From NCBI GenBank assembly GCA_041640635.1, contig JBEPZX010000001.1, forward strand, positions 32,001-96,000: DNA of 64,000 nt. Direction: 5' to 3'. Both the position numbers and the translations under genes were made by a program. This document shows, piece by piece, positions 37,892-47,781 of the stretch; the first letter of the stretch is position 1; each line of letters begins with the position of its first letter. The stretch is from Aquificaceae bacterium. GTDB lineage: Bacteria; Aquificota; Aquificia; Aquificales; Aquificaceae. Below the pieces are notes generated by a model that worked only from the letters and a program-made list of their open reading frames with translations, did not search any database and was not told the DNA's origin.

Positions 37892-40800
37892 ATGGACAAA
37901 AGGGAGTTAGTGAAGGAATATTTAAGCAGTATAGCGGGAAAACCTGAAGATACTATAAGGCATAATTTTTTACGTTTTCTTGAAAAGCTTTTCCCTCAAA
38001 TTGAACTCCAGGAGATAGAACTGGAAAAGTATATACGTGGCATACGTGCAAAAAGTGGATATGCGGATGCCATAGTAGGGCACATCATTTTTGAGTTTAA
38101 AAGAAAGTTAGATGAGCATAGCAGAAATGTTGGTAAAGAAGAGCTAAAAAAGTACATCAAAAACCAAGAAAGACCTGAAAGTGTGTTTGGTTTTTTAACG
38201 GATGGAAAAGTTTTTGAGGTTTACGCTTTAAAAGGGGAAGAACTTGAGAAGTTAAGTGAGTTTAGGATAGAAGAGGACAAAGCAGAGGAAATATACCAAA
38301 AGTTTGATATCTACCTTTTTACAGAGAAAAACATAAAGCCCACCTCTGCTGACATTGCTAGAAGATTTGGGCTTGGGAGCATTCTCTATTACAGGCTCAA
38401 GAGTGCTTTAGAATCTGCCTTTAAGAGTTTGAAAGACAGTTCTGTGTTGTTTACTAAGTTTTACGAGTGGAGAAATCTTTTGTCCATTGTTTACGGTTCT
38501 GGTGAGGTAGGAGAGGAAAGTCTTTTTATTACACACACTTACTTGGCAACCTTTGCAAAGATTTTGTCTTTTGTTGCAATAGAAAAAAGAGCCCCTAACA
38601 GTGAGCAAGAACTAAAGGAAATTATAACAGGTAAAGCTTTTGAGAAGTTAGGCTTTGAAAACTTTGTAGAGGATGACTTTTTCAGTTGGTTTGTGGATGA
38701 AAATGTTTGGCAACCGTTTTATCCTTTGCTTCTTTCTATGGCGGACACGCTTATAAGTGCTTACAACCTTTCTTACATAAACGAGGACATTTTGAAAGAA
38801 ATATACCAAGAAATGGTAGATCCAGAAACAAGGCACGATTTGGGTGAGTACTACACACCCGATTGGTTGGCTGAGCTGTTACTTATAGAAGCAGGCTTTC
38901 ATGAAGCGGAAGATAAATCCCTTTTGGACCCTTCATGCGGGTCTGGAACTTTCCTTCTGAATGCTATAAAGCTACTCAAAAAGCAAGGGCTAAAGGGGAA
39001 AGAGCTTGTAGATTTTGCTCAAAAGTTTTTAGCAGGTATGGATGTCAATCCTTTGGCTGTGATTATTGCAAAAACTAACTTTGTGCTTGCTTTGAGTGAG
39101 GATTTAAAGGATTACAGAGGTAAGCTCTACATTCCCATATTCATGTGTGATAGTCTAAATGCAAGAGGTGCATACTCTGAGCCATACGTGAAAATACCAA
39201 TACCTTTAGAAGAGTTTAGGAAAATTAAACCGCTGTCTTCTCAAACACCTTCTACCTTTTCTTTGCCTTTGGATATAAGCCAAGAGAAGATGGAAGAGAT
39301 CTTGGACATGCTTATAGAGTATGCAGATCCAAAAATGGACGAAAGCACAGCAAAAAGAGGTTTCAAGTCCTATCTGGAAAAATTGCAGTTGACTCCCGAT
39401 GAAATTACCCACTGGATGTCCAATCTAACCTTAATGAGATACTTACTCAAAGAGCCTCCCACAGACACCATATGGAAGTTTGTTTTAAAGAACGCCCACA
39501 GACCAATAATTTTTAGCAAAAACAAGTTTGCCTTTGTAGTAGGTAATCCACCATGGCTTACATACAAAGATATCAATAGAAAGGAATACCAAGAAAGAAT
39601 ACGACATTTAAGCATAAAAAAGTATAAACTCATTGAAGGAAAGGACACCCACTTGGTAACCCACTTGGAGCTTGCCACTGTGTTTTTCGCATTAAGTGAA
39701 GACCTTTACCTAAAGAACAATGGAACATTGGCTTTTGTAATGCCAAGGAGCATTATGAAGGACAGCAAGCACCACAAAGCATTTCAGGAAAAATACTTAA
39801 TGAAATCGGAAAAAATAATAGACTGTTCGGATGTGAAACCCCTTTTTAACATTCAGAGCGTTTGCGTAATCTACAAAAAGGGAGCTCAAACAAAACCTCA
39901 TGTGCCTATTCTAAAGCTAAAAGGAGTCTTGCCTTACAAAAACATGGACTTAAGTAGTGCAAGTGAACTTTTTGAAAAGTCAGAGGGCACTTACAAACCC
40001 GCAGAAGGAGTGGGAGAAAGTGTATATCTTAAGGAAGTTTTCCAAGGAGCAACCTTAGTTCCAAGAAGCTTTTGGTTTGTAAAACCTAAGGAGAGGGGGA
40101 CTCATTTAGAGACTGATCCTGTAGCACAAGAGCAAGGGAAAGAGCCATGGAAAAGTATAAAACTTGAAGGTGAGGTAGAAGAGGAGTTCTTATATGCCAC
40201 GCTTCTTTCTACGGAGCTTTTCCCCTTTTCCTATAGAAAACTTTCTTTGGTAATAATACCCTTAAAGAATGGAAAACTTTTGAACTCTCAAAAAGCTTAC
40301 GCTGAAGGACGTCCAAAGCTTGGAAAGTGGCTTTCTCAGGTAGAAGAGCATTGGAACAAACTCGCAAAAAGGACTTCGGAGAGAGTAAAAACTCCATACG
40401 AACGATTGGACTTTCAAGGTCTTTTCTCCAGACAAAAACTATCAGGCGTAGTAAAACTACTCTATAACAAAAGCGGAGCTAGTATAAGCTCGTGTGTAAT
40501 AAATACAAATCAGATTAAGGAAGTTTACGGTTTGAACGTCCAAGGCTTTATAGCAGAACATAAAACCCACTACATAGAAACTTACAACGAGAAGGAAGCT
40601 CATTACCTCTGTGCAATTCTCAACTCAAATAAAGTAAATGAATTCATAAAGCCTCTTTTAGGTGAAAGGGATATTCACAACAGACCCTTTGAGTATCTAC
40701 CCATTCCAAGATTTGATGAAAGGAACGCTGTTCATTTGGAGCTTGCAGAACTTAGTATGCTTTGCCATCAAAAGGTGAAGGAGAAAATGAAGGATGAAAG

Positions 40801-40909
40801 AGTTCTAAACTTAAACTATATCAAACTAAGAGACTACATTCGCAAGGAACTTGTAAGGGAAGAGCTAAAGGAAATAGATAAATTAGTAGGCGCTTTGCTT
40901 GGGATTTAG
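37892..40909 (+). CDS. Type IIG-like restriction-modification enzyme (fused endonuclease, N6-adenine MTase and specificity domain)
   Basis: N-terminal PD-(D/E)xK-like ADAI...FEFK and LTDG; GEYYTP; motif I DPSCGSGTF; motif IV GNPPW; TRD-like C-terminus (YLCAILNS...LPIP). Confidence 0.85.
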   Translation: MDKRELVKEYLSSIAGKPEDTIRHNFLRFLEKLFPQIELQEIELEKYIRGIRAKSGYADAIVGHIIFEFKRKLDEHSRNVGKEELKKYIKNQERPESVFGFLTDGKVFEVYALKGEELEKLSEFRIEEDKAEEIYQKFDIYLFTEKNIKPTSADIARRFGLGSILYYRLKSALESAFKSLKDSSVLFTKFYEWRNLLSIVYGSGEVGEESLFITHTYLATFAKILSFVAIEKRAPNSEQELKEIITGKAFEKLGFENFVEDDFFSWFVDENVWQPFYPLLLSMADTLISAYNLSYINEDILKEIYQEMVDPETRHDLGEYYTPDWLAELLLIEAGFHEAEDKSLLDPSCGSGTFLLNAIKLLKKQGLKGKELVDFAQKFLAGMDVNPLAVIIAKTNFVLALSEDLKDYRGKLYIPIFMCDSLNARGAYSEPYVKIPIPLEEFRKIKPLSSQTPSTFSLPLDISQEKMEEILDMLIEYADPKMDESTAKRGFKSYLEKLQLTPDEITHWMSNLTLMRYLLKEPPTDTIWKFVLKNAHRPIIFSKNKFAFVVGNPPWLTYKDINRKEYQERIRHLSIKKYKLIEGKDTHLVTHLELATVFFALSEDLYLKNNGTLAFVMPRSIMKDSKHHKAFQEKYLMKSEKIIDCSDVKPLFNIQSVCVIYKKGAQTKPHVPILKLKGVLPYKNMDLSSASELFEKSEGTYKPAEGVGESVYLKEVFQGATLVPRSFWFVKPKERGTHLETDPVAQEQGKEPWKSIKLEGEVEEEFLYATLLSTELFPFSYRKLSLVIIPLKNGKLLNSQKAYAEGRPKLGKWLSQVEEHWNKLAKRTSERVKTPYERLDFQGLFSRQKLSGVVKLLYNKSGASISSCVINTNQIKEVYGLNVQGFIAEHKTHYIETYNEKEAHYLCAILNSNKVNEFIKPLLGERDIHNRPFEYLPIPRFDERNAVHLELAELSMLCHQKVKEKMKDERVLNLNYIKLRDYIRKELVREELKEIDKLVGALLGI

Positions 40910-40926
40910 CCTTATAATCTTTCCTT

Positions 40927-41280
40927 ATGAGTGTAAGGCACAAGGTAAGAGAGAGAGTAGAGAAGCTTTTTTCTAACTTTAAGGATTTGAAAGGTGAGTT
41001 TGTCATATACAATCTTTACGCTCCTGTTGGCAACCAAGAGATAGAGGCAGAGGACTTAAACTACGTGGACATAAAGGTGGACTTTAATGATCCAGAAAGT
41101 ATAAAAAAATTTTTGGATAGAACTACAAGAGAGACCTTAGAAAACGAAGTAAAGGGCTATTACCTGCTTGGTATGGTGTTGGATAAAGGGAACGAGTACA
41201 TACCTTCGTCCGATATGGATCTGCTAAAGGAAGTTTTCGGTGATGTAAAAGATGTCATAGAAAGGCTAAAGGAAGAATGA
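40927..41280 (+). CDS. Hypothetical acidic protein
   Basis: 117-aa ORF with TATAAT just upstream, translationally coupled to ispD. Confidence 0.7.
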   Translation: MSVRHKVRERVEKLFSNFKDLKGEFVIYNLYAPVGNQEIEAEDLNYVDIKVDFNDPESIKKFLDRTTRETLENEVKGYYLLGMVLDKGNEYIPSSDMDLLKEVFGDVKDVIERLKEE

Positions 41281-41951
41281 TATCCCTTATACTCCTTGCC
41301 GCTGGTAGTGGCACAAGGTTTGGGCAAAAAAAGCAGTTTGTGGAGCTTCTGGGAAAACCCCTTTTTTTGTATTCTGTAGAAAAAACTATGGGACTTTTCG
41401 ATGAAACCCTTTTGGTTCTTCCCCAAGAAGATTTGGACCATGTGGACGTGCCCAAAGGTATAAAAAAAGTTGCCGGTGGAAAGGAAAGACAGGACTCAGT
41501 CTTTAACGCTTTGCTACAAGCCAAAGGTGACATAGTGGTTATCCACGACTGTGCAAGACCCTTTGCCACAAAGGATATGTTTATTAGAGTGTCCAATCTT
41601 TGTGGATACGATGGGAAGATTGTAGCTATACCCGTAAGAGACACACTAAAATATGTGGTAGATCTTCATGTAATAAAAACCATAGACAGGTCAAACCTTT
41701 ATTACTCTCAAACACCTCAAGCCTTTAAAAGAGATATTCTCTACAAAGTCCACATAAAAGCAAGAGAAGAGGGGATAATACTTACCGATGATGCTGCCCT
41801 TTTGGAAAGATACGGCTACAAAGTAGCTATAGAAGAAGGTTCGCCTACAAATATAAAGCTGACCTATCCAGAAGACCTAATTTATGCAGAATGCCTTCTT
41901 ATGGCTAACAAGAAGGTAAGGGAAGAAAGCAAACCCAAAGCTAAGGAATAG
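41277..41951 (+). CDS. ispD: 2-C-methyl-D-erythritol 4-phosphate cytidylyltransferase
   Basis: LAAGSGTRFG..KQF, GG.ERQDSV, IHDCARP, QTPQAF, TDD, NIKLT. Confidence 0.95.
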   Translation: MISLILLAAGSGTRFGQKKQFVELLGKPLFLYSVEKTMGLFDETLLVLPQEDLDHVDVPKGIKKVAGGKERQDSVFNALLQAKGDIVVIHDCARPFATKDMFIRVSNLCGYDGKIVAIPVRDTLKYVVDLHVIKTIDRSNLYYSQTPQAFKRDILYKVHIKAREEGIILTDDAALLERYGYKVAIEEGSPTNIKLTYPEDLIYAECLLMANKKVREESKPKAKE

Positions 41952-43027
41952 ACCACTGCGTAGTAAATCCCCAAACTGTATAGAAAACCTACAAGCACAC
42001 TACCTAATAAAGTAGCAAGACCCAATACAAAGTATAGCAACCCATAAGCAAAAGCTCTTGAATATAAAGGTACGTTCTGAGCTATCCAAGACCTCAGTAT
42101 AGATTCTTGTATGCCAAGCAAAGCACCCCAAAGAGCTACTCCAAAGATTACGAACTCTCCGCTAAAAACAAAAAGAGGATACATTGTACCAATGGCTATG
42201 CCTATAGGGAGAACCATAGAACCTTTTTTATCAAAAAGATACCCAAAAAGCACAGCTGCTACTGCATCCACAAGCATGGCAAAAGCGTAAAATAGGGAAA
42301 TAAGATAACCTTCTAAACCCAAGTTTTTTTGATGGTATGCCATAAGTGGGAAGTGAATAAAGCTCAAACCTAAAAAGAAAGTAGCCAAAAGGTAAAAAAG
42401 TAAGCCCTTAGGAACCTTTTTTACATCCGAAGAACTTTCATGCACTTCCACATTGTTTGTGTAAAACCTTTTGGCAACAAAAAGTGTAGTTAGTGCAACT
42501 ATAGCCGGGACAAATAGAGAACCAAAAGCCATCTGGTAGCTTCCAAACTTGTAAATAACGAAGGACACAAACAAAGGTCCAGTTATTGCACCTATTTGGT
42601 CTAAAAATTCGTGAATTCCAAAGCCTCTACCATGCCCTACCTTTTGTGTAGCATGAGACAAAAGCACATCTCTGGAAGGTGTTCTGATAGCTTTCCCTAT
42701 TCTTTCCAAAAGAATCAAAACACTAGCCCACTGCCACGTGCTTACAAATGCCAAAGCTGGGACAGCCAAAAGATTTAGAGTATAGCCAAAAAAGGTAAAA
42801 GCCCAATATGACTTTAGTCTATCCGATAAGTATCCAGATACTAAGCGCAAATTGTAGCCCAAAAACTCACCTAAACCAGAAATGGCACTCACATAGAAAG
42901 CACTGGCACCCAAAAAAGCAAGGTAAGGACCAGTTAAACTCTTTGCGCTTTCGTATGTAATGTCAGAAAAAAGGCTCACAATGCCCATAAGAAATATGAA
43001 GGTGTAAGCTTTGGAATTAACCCACAT
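41882..43027 (-). CDS. MFS transporter
   Basis: About 12 TM segments; SGYLSDR, ERIGKAIRTPSRD, FGYLFDK. Confidence 0.88.
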   Translation of the reverse strand: MWVNSKAYTFIFLMGIVSLFSDITYESAKSLTGPYLAFLGASAFYVSAISGLGEFLGYNLRLVSGYLSDRLKSYWAFTFFGYTLNLLAVPALAFVSTWQWASVLILLERIGKAIRTPSRDVLLSHATQKVGHGRGFGIHEFLDQIGAITGPLFVSFVIYKFGSYQMAFGSLFVPAIVALTTLFVAKRFYTNNVEVHESSSDVKKVPKGLLFYLLATFFLGLSFIHFPLMAYHQKNLGLEGYLISLFYAFAMLVDAVAAVLFGYLFDKKGSMVLPIGIAIGTMYPLFVFSGEFVIFGVALWGALLGIQESILRSWIAQNVPLYSRAFAYGLLYFVLGLATLLGSVLVGFLYSLGIYYAVVYSLALGLLSSLTFLLAIRRHSA

Positions 43028-43253
43028 CTATTTCTTCCACAAGCCCTAAAAGCTCTATATCCAAGTGTTTTTTTATGTTTTCCAATACATTTAGAAGGTT
43101 TTGATAAGTGTCCGGTGTGGCAATTAAATAAACCAGGTCTTGGGATTTTTCCTTTGTTCTGACAATGGCGTTTCTACCAGAGCCGTCCACTAAGGCACTA
43201 AAGAGACCTATTTTTTCCCTTGGGACTTTCACTAGCAAAGTTTTAGGCTTCAT
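43017..43253 (-). CDS. Small hypothetical protein (DUF4911-like)
   Basis: 78 aa, coupled to dnaX and the MFS gene; 'KVPREKIG....DG...AIVRT' pattern. Confidence 0.55.
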   Translation of the reverse strand: MKPKTLLVKVPREKIGLFSALVDGSGRNAIVRTKEKSQDLVYLIATPDTYQNLLNVLENIKKHLDIELLGLVEEIDVG

Positions 43254-44685
43254 TTTCTCTTTTTTGCTCGATTAATTTGGCATCAAACATTTCTTTAACT
43301 TTTTTGGCTGTATCTTCTAAAGTTCCAAGCTTTTCTTTTTCTTCCGATATAGTACGTACTTCGAAATCTACGAAAGGAAACTGAGATTTTAGTTTCTCAA
43401 TCTCTATTACTTTTACATCTTCAGAGGAAATAGCGAAAATTACCTTATCGCCTTCAATTCTGTAAGGAGCCTTTTTTAGTATACTCAATGTTATTGGTTT
43501 GAGATTAGCGGATTTGAAAAACCTAGATCTTAGATCTTCTTGTTGCACCTGCTTTGTTGGTGTACTTTCTTCTTTACCTTCTTCTAAATACTTTATCAAC
43601 TCTGTAAGATACACAATATCTTTCACAATGATACTTTTCACTATAGCGATCTCTATGGCTCGTTGAAGACCCCTTGTTCTTGCGTACTCCTTTGCGTTAT
43701 TGATAAGCTTTTCCAGGTAGAGCAAGGTGCTAAGCGGGACATTTGCAAACTCCTTATGAAACTCTTCAACCTGAATAACTTTATAAGGATCCTTTAAGCT
43801 CTTATATAGTATGAGTGTTCTTACTTCTTCTTCGACCATACTCCAGAATCTAAGCAAATTAAAACCCTTATGCACAAGCTCGTTAATCACTTCCAAAGCT
43901 TCGTCTACATGTGAATGTAAAAGCAACCTAATAAAGTCTCTTACCCTTTCCTGGCTTGGAAGTCCCAAAAACTCTTCTACAACGTCTGAAGTTATCTTAC
44001 CCTCACCGTAGGTTGCAGCTTGGTCCAAAAGAGATACAGCATCTCTCATAGCGCCATCACTTACCGCTGCTAAAGCTCTCAAAGCTTGTTCTTCACAGTT
44101 TAAATTCTCGCTTTTACATATTCTAATAAGGTTGTATACAATTTCCCCGTCAGAGTGTTTGCTAAATATCAATCTTTGACACCTTGATAGTATTGTAGGA
44201 AGAATTTTTTCGTATTCTGTGGTACAAAGTATGAACACAGTTCTGGGTGGTGGTTCTTCTAAAGTCTTGAGCAATGCATTAAAGGCTTCCTTTGTTAGCA
44301 TATGGGCTTCGTCTAAGATGTAGACTTTGTATTTGCCCTTTATAGGTGTGTAGGAAACTGCGTCTCTTATAGACCTTATGTCTTCTATTCCTCTATTGGA
44401 TGCGGCATCTATTTCTATGAGATCTGGAAAGTTACCTTTGTCAATGCTTACACAATTTTCGCACTCTCCACAAGGTTCACCGTCCTGAGGATTTAAACAA
44501 TTTATAGCTTTTGTTAATATACGTGCTAATGTAGTTTTTCCGCTTCCTCTTGGACCTGCAAACAGGTATGCGGACGAGACTTTTCCAGTTTTTACAGCAT
44601 TTAAAAGCACCTTCTTTGGTACTTCCTGTCCAACTACCTCTTTAAATTTTCTTGGCCTATACTTTCTAGCAAAGGGTATATGCAT
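43243..44685 (-). CDS. dnaX: DNA polymerase III subunit gamma/tau
   Basis: ARKYRP, GPRGSGKT, PCGECENC, EIDAASNRG, DEAHML, SRC. Confidence 0.97.
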   Translation of the reverse strand: MHIPFARKYRPRKFKEVVGQEVPKKVLLNAVKTGKVSSAYLFAGPRGSGKTTLARILTKAINCLNPQDGEPCGECENCVSIDKGNFPDLIEIDAASNRGIEDIRSIRDAVSYTPIKGKYKVYILDEAHMLTKEAFNALLKTLEEPPPRTVFILCTTEYEKILPTILSRCQRLIFSKHSDGEIVYNLIRICKSENLNCEEQALRALAAVSDGAMRDAVSLLDQAATYGEGKITSDVVEEFLGLPSQERVRDFIRLLLHSHVDEALEVINELVHKGFNLLRFWSMVEEEVRTLILYKSLKDPYKVIQVEEFHKEFANVPLSTLLYLEKLINNAKEYARTRGLQRAIEIAIVKSIIVKDIVYLTELIKYLEEGKEESTPTKQVQQEDLRSRFFKSANLKPITLSILKKAPYRIEGDKVIFAISSEDVKVIEIEKLKSQFPFVDFEVRTISEEKEKLGTLEDTAKKVKEMFDAKLIEQKRENEA

Positions 44686-44696
44686 AACATCTTAAA

Positions 44697-45308
44697 TTAT
44701 AAAATTTTTTCCACAAATGTAATGAGCCTTTCTTTAGTTTGATTCTGCCTATGGGATGGAAGAGAAGGGTTGCATATAGTGCATGAGTTCCATACAAAGA
44801 ACTTCTCAATACCTAAGGATCTCAATTGAATTAACGCTTCCTTTTGGGTATCCATGTAAAATCCATTGTTGCGAAAAGTAATTGCCTTAAAGAAATCTTT
44901 AAAAAATTGGTCTACTTGATAACAGCATGCTTTTGCAGAAGGTCCCAAAAAAGCAAAAACGTCTTTAGGGTCGTCTTCCATGAGCTTTAGCGTATTTTGT
45001 ATTATGCCACTTTTGAGTCCTCTCCAACCAGCATGTATAGCTGCCACATCTCTATTTCCAATGAGAATTACAGGTACACAATCAGCCGTTTTTATACCTA
45101 TTCTTATAGCTTTGCTTGTGACTAGAGCATCACCTTCTTCTAAAGTTAAGGATGTTTTATCCACTCTAAAAGCTATGTTAGAGTGTATCTGTCTTAGAGT
45201 AACACAATCTTCATTTTCGTTCCAATACTTTACGCCAACTATAGTGTTCTTTATTCTAAATTCAAATATTAAAGCTTCTTTGCTTTCTCTGATGTTTTTC
45301 TTATGCAT
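44697..45308 (-). CDS. pgeF: YfiH/PgeF family protein; start uncertain
   Basis: QIHS, GDALVT, TADCVPV, AIHAGWRG, GPS...CCY.V, CT.C. Confidence 0.88.
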   Translation of the reverse strand: MHKKNIRESKEALIFEFRIKNTIVGVKYWNENEDCVTLRQIHSNIAFRVDKTSLTLEEGDALVTSKAIRIGIKTADCVPVILIGNRDVAAIHAGWRGLKSGIIQNTLKLMEDDPKDVFAFLGPSAKACCYQVDQFFKDFFKAITFRNNGFYMDTQKEALIQLRSLGIEKFFVWNSCTICNPSLPSHRQNQTKERLITFVEKIL

Positions 45309-46048
45309 TCCATTAGTATACCTTCAAAGCCTTTCTCTAGAAGAAGCTTTATACCTTCCACCGTTGTGCCACCTGGGGATGTGACTTTTGAAACAAGCTC
45401 ATCGGGATGTACTTTTTCTTTTTCCAAAAGTTGACACGAACCTACGATAGTTTGTAAGACTATATCCAAGGATGTTTTGTAGTCAAAGCCTTCCATAACA
45501 CCTGCCATAGCTAAGCCCGAGATGAACTTAAACACAAAGGCGGGTCCAGAACCAGCCAAAGCCGTAAAGGAATCCATAAGTCTTTCTTCAATTGGGTAAA
45601 GCTTTCCACACGATGAAAAGAGATTTATAAATTTTTCTTTTGTTTCTTCGTCCAAATCTGTAGTAAAAGCTATGCATCCTTTCTGAACTTTTACGTTAAT
45701 GTTGGGCATAGTTCGTATAATTTTTGCCTTCTCTCCTAAGATGCTTTTCATTCTTTCCAAGCTTAGCCCAGCTACTATGCTAACCAAAATTTCCCTATCT
45801 ATCTTACCTTTTAGGTGATTTAAAACTTCTTCGGCATCCTTTGGCTTTACAGCAAGTAAGAGGAAATCGCTTCCAAGGAGGAAGTCCAAATCTTTTGATA
45901 CACCGAATCCTAATTGTATGGCTTGTTCCTTTTTGGATTCTTCTTTATCGTAAACTACTATATGAGAGGACTCTTTCAAACCCTGGGCAAAGGCACTGCC
46001 CATATTACCAAAGCCAATTATACCGACCTGCATTACTTTAGTATACAA
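45269..46048 (-). CDS. proC: Pyrroline-5-carboxylate reductase
   Basis: GFGNMG, LAVKP, RTMPN, GSGPA, VTSPGGTT. Confidence 0.96.
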   Translation of the reverse strand: MYTKVMQVGIIGFGNMGSAFAQGLKESSHIVVYDKEESKKEQAIQLGFGVSKDLDFLLGSDFLLLAVKPKDAEEVLNHLKGKIDREILVSIVAGLSLERMKSILGEKAKIIRTMPNINVKVQKGCIAFTTDLDEETKEKFINLFSSCGKLYPIEERLMDSFTALAGSGPAFVFKFISGLAMAGVMEGFDYKTSLDIVLQTIVGSCQLLEKEKVHPDELVSKVTSPGGTTVEGIKLLLEKGFEGILMECIRKTSEKAKKL

Positions 46049-46688
46049 AAATGTTTGATATCTGTGTAGCTAATCTGTCAGCTAATATTTTCAACACTTG
46101 AGCCTTATCCATATTGGTTTGTTCTGCCTTTACGGCTATACGCGTGTCGTGTTCCTTTGTAGTATTGTTTAAATTTTCTTGAATGCGGACTTCTGCAACA
46201 CCTGTAAAGCTATTTACAGCTATAGTTTTTCCAACAAGCCCACCTATTAGGCTTCCTATAACTGCACCACCTAGAGCTCCAGCTATATTTTCTCTTGTAC
46301 CACCGCCTATGTAACTACCAGCTATGGCACCTCCTACACCACCTACTAGCATACTATCCGCTGTTAGGCTTTCCTTCTCTTCATCCAAATAAAGGACGTT
46401 AACTTGAACGATGTAATCAGCTTTACCTGGGTCATCTATTACATTAAAGCCCTTTTCACTTATCTTGCGCTTCAGAAGATCCATGAAATCTATGCCTTGG
46501 TATCCTGAAGTGTTCATTACACGAACATAAATATTCCTATTCTTAGACAAGTTTTGCGGATCCAACCAAACACTTTGATACATCTTCGCACTAATTTTGG
46601 GTTCTGTATAATCAATAGCTTTAATGGTGCTAGCACAGCCTATAATAAAAAACATAGAAGGTATAACTAAGAATTTCAGTAATTTCAT
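46038..46688 (-). CDS. traT: TraT-family outer-membrane lipoprotein
   Basis: Lipobox IIGC; SVWLDP, IYVRVMNTS, DDP.KA.YIVQVNVL, glycine-zipper hairpin, ++IQE. ATG at 46688 after GGAGG. Confidence 0.75.
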   Translation of the reverse strand: MKLLKFLVIPSMFFIIGCASTIKAIDYTEPKISAKMYQSVWLDPQNLSKNRNIYVRVMNTSGYQGIDFMDLLKRKISEKGFNVIDDPGKADYIVQVNVLYLDEEKESLTADSMLVGGVGGAIAGSYIGGGTRENIAGALGGAVIGSLIGGLVGKTIAVNSFTGVAEVRIQENLNNTTKEHDTRIAVKAEQTNMDKAQVLKILADRLATQISNIFVY

Positions 46689-46776
46689 GGGTATGCCTCC
46701 AATACAAGATATAAATATAAAATCTCTTATGATATAGGTTATCAATTTTTGGAATACATTATGTTATATTTTAGGC

Positions 46777-47781
46777 ATGGATAGGTACGAAAATTTCATT
46801 TGGACACTAAAAAATAAAGTTCTAGAGGGCTACCAGGTAACCAAAGAAGAGTCTCTGAATGTCCTGACTCTTCCTGATGAATATATAGCATTGCTAGTTT
46901 ATGCTGCTCAAAAGATCAAAGCAAAGTTCCATGATCCAAGTAAGATAGAGTTTTGTTCCATAATAAATGCCAAAAGCGGTGCATGTTCAGAAGATTGCAA
47001 ATTCTGCGCCCAATCCAAGTTTTACAAAACTCCTATAAACATTTATAACCTTGTTCCAAAAGAGGAGATTATTGAAGGTGCATACAGAGGTGTAGAATAT
47101 GGAGCCAACAGGTATTGTGTAGTTTTAAGCGGAAAAGCTGCATCAAAAGAAGAAGTGGAAAGAATTATAGAAAGCGTAATAGAAATTAAAGAGGTAGAAA
47201 AAATCCCTATTAATGTTTGTGTATCCGCTGGTACTCTTTCCGAAGAAGACTTAAGAAAACTAAAGGAAGCTGGTGTAAAAAGGATAAATCACAATTTGGA
47301 AACTTCTAAGAACTTCTTTCCTAATATAGTGACAACACACGCTTGGGAAGAAAGGTATGAAACCGTAAAGAAAATTAAAAAAGTTGGGCTTTCTGCATGT
47401 TGTGGTGGTATATTTGGCATGGGAGAGACTTTGGAAGATAGAGTAGATTTGGCGCTAACATATAGAGAGCTAGGCGTAGACTCTATACCTCTTAACTTTA
47501 TAATGCCTATAGAAGGAACACCTATGACAAATGCACCGGGGATAACACCTTTAGAGGCTCTAAAGACTATAGCTATGTTTAGGTTTACCAATCCAAAAGC
47601 TGAACTCAGATTGTGTGGTGGAAGAGAGCAGAACTTAAGAGACTTTCATGGAATGGCTGTATTGATGACCAATGCTATGATGGTAGGAGGATACTTAACG
47701 AGAGCTGGAAGAGATATAACAAAAGACTACCAATTGCTTAAGGATCTGGGAGCTCAGAGACTTGTAAAAGAGGAAGTATAG
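46777..47781 (+). CDS. bioB: Biotin synthase
   Basis: NAKSGACSEDCKFCAQS radical-SAM motif, NHNLETS, GGRE. Confidence 0.96.
   Translation: MDRYENFIWTLKNKVLEGYQVTKEESLNVLTLPDEYIALLVYAAQKIKAKFHDPSKIEFCSIINAKSGACSEDCKFCAQSKFYKTPINIYNLVPKEEIIEGAYRGVEYGANRYCVVLSGKAASKEEVERIIESVIEIKEVEKIPINVCVSAGTLSEEDLRKLKEAGVKRINHNLETSKNFFPNIVTTHAWEERYETVKKIKKVGLSACCGGIFGMGETLEDRVDLALTYRELGVDSIPLNFIMPIEGTPMTNAPGITPLEALKTIAMFRFTNPKAELRLCGGREQNLRDFHGMAVLMTNAMMVGGYLTRAGRDITKDYQLLKDLGAQRLVKEEV

Noticed and set aside
41882..41951. 70-bp convergent overlap of ispD and the MFS gene (also 28 bp for bioB/MFS)
   Set aside because: Tail-to-tail overlaps are common in compact genomes; no evidence of function.
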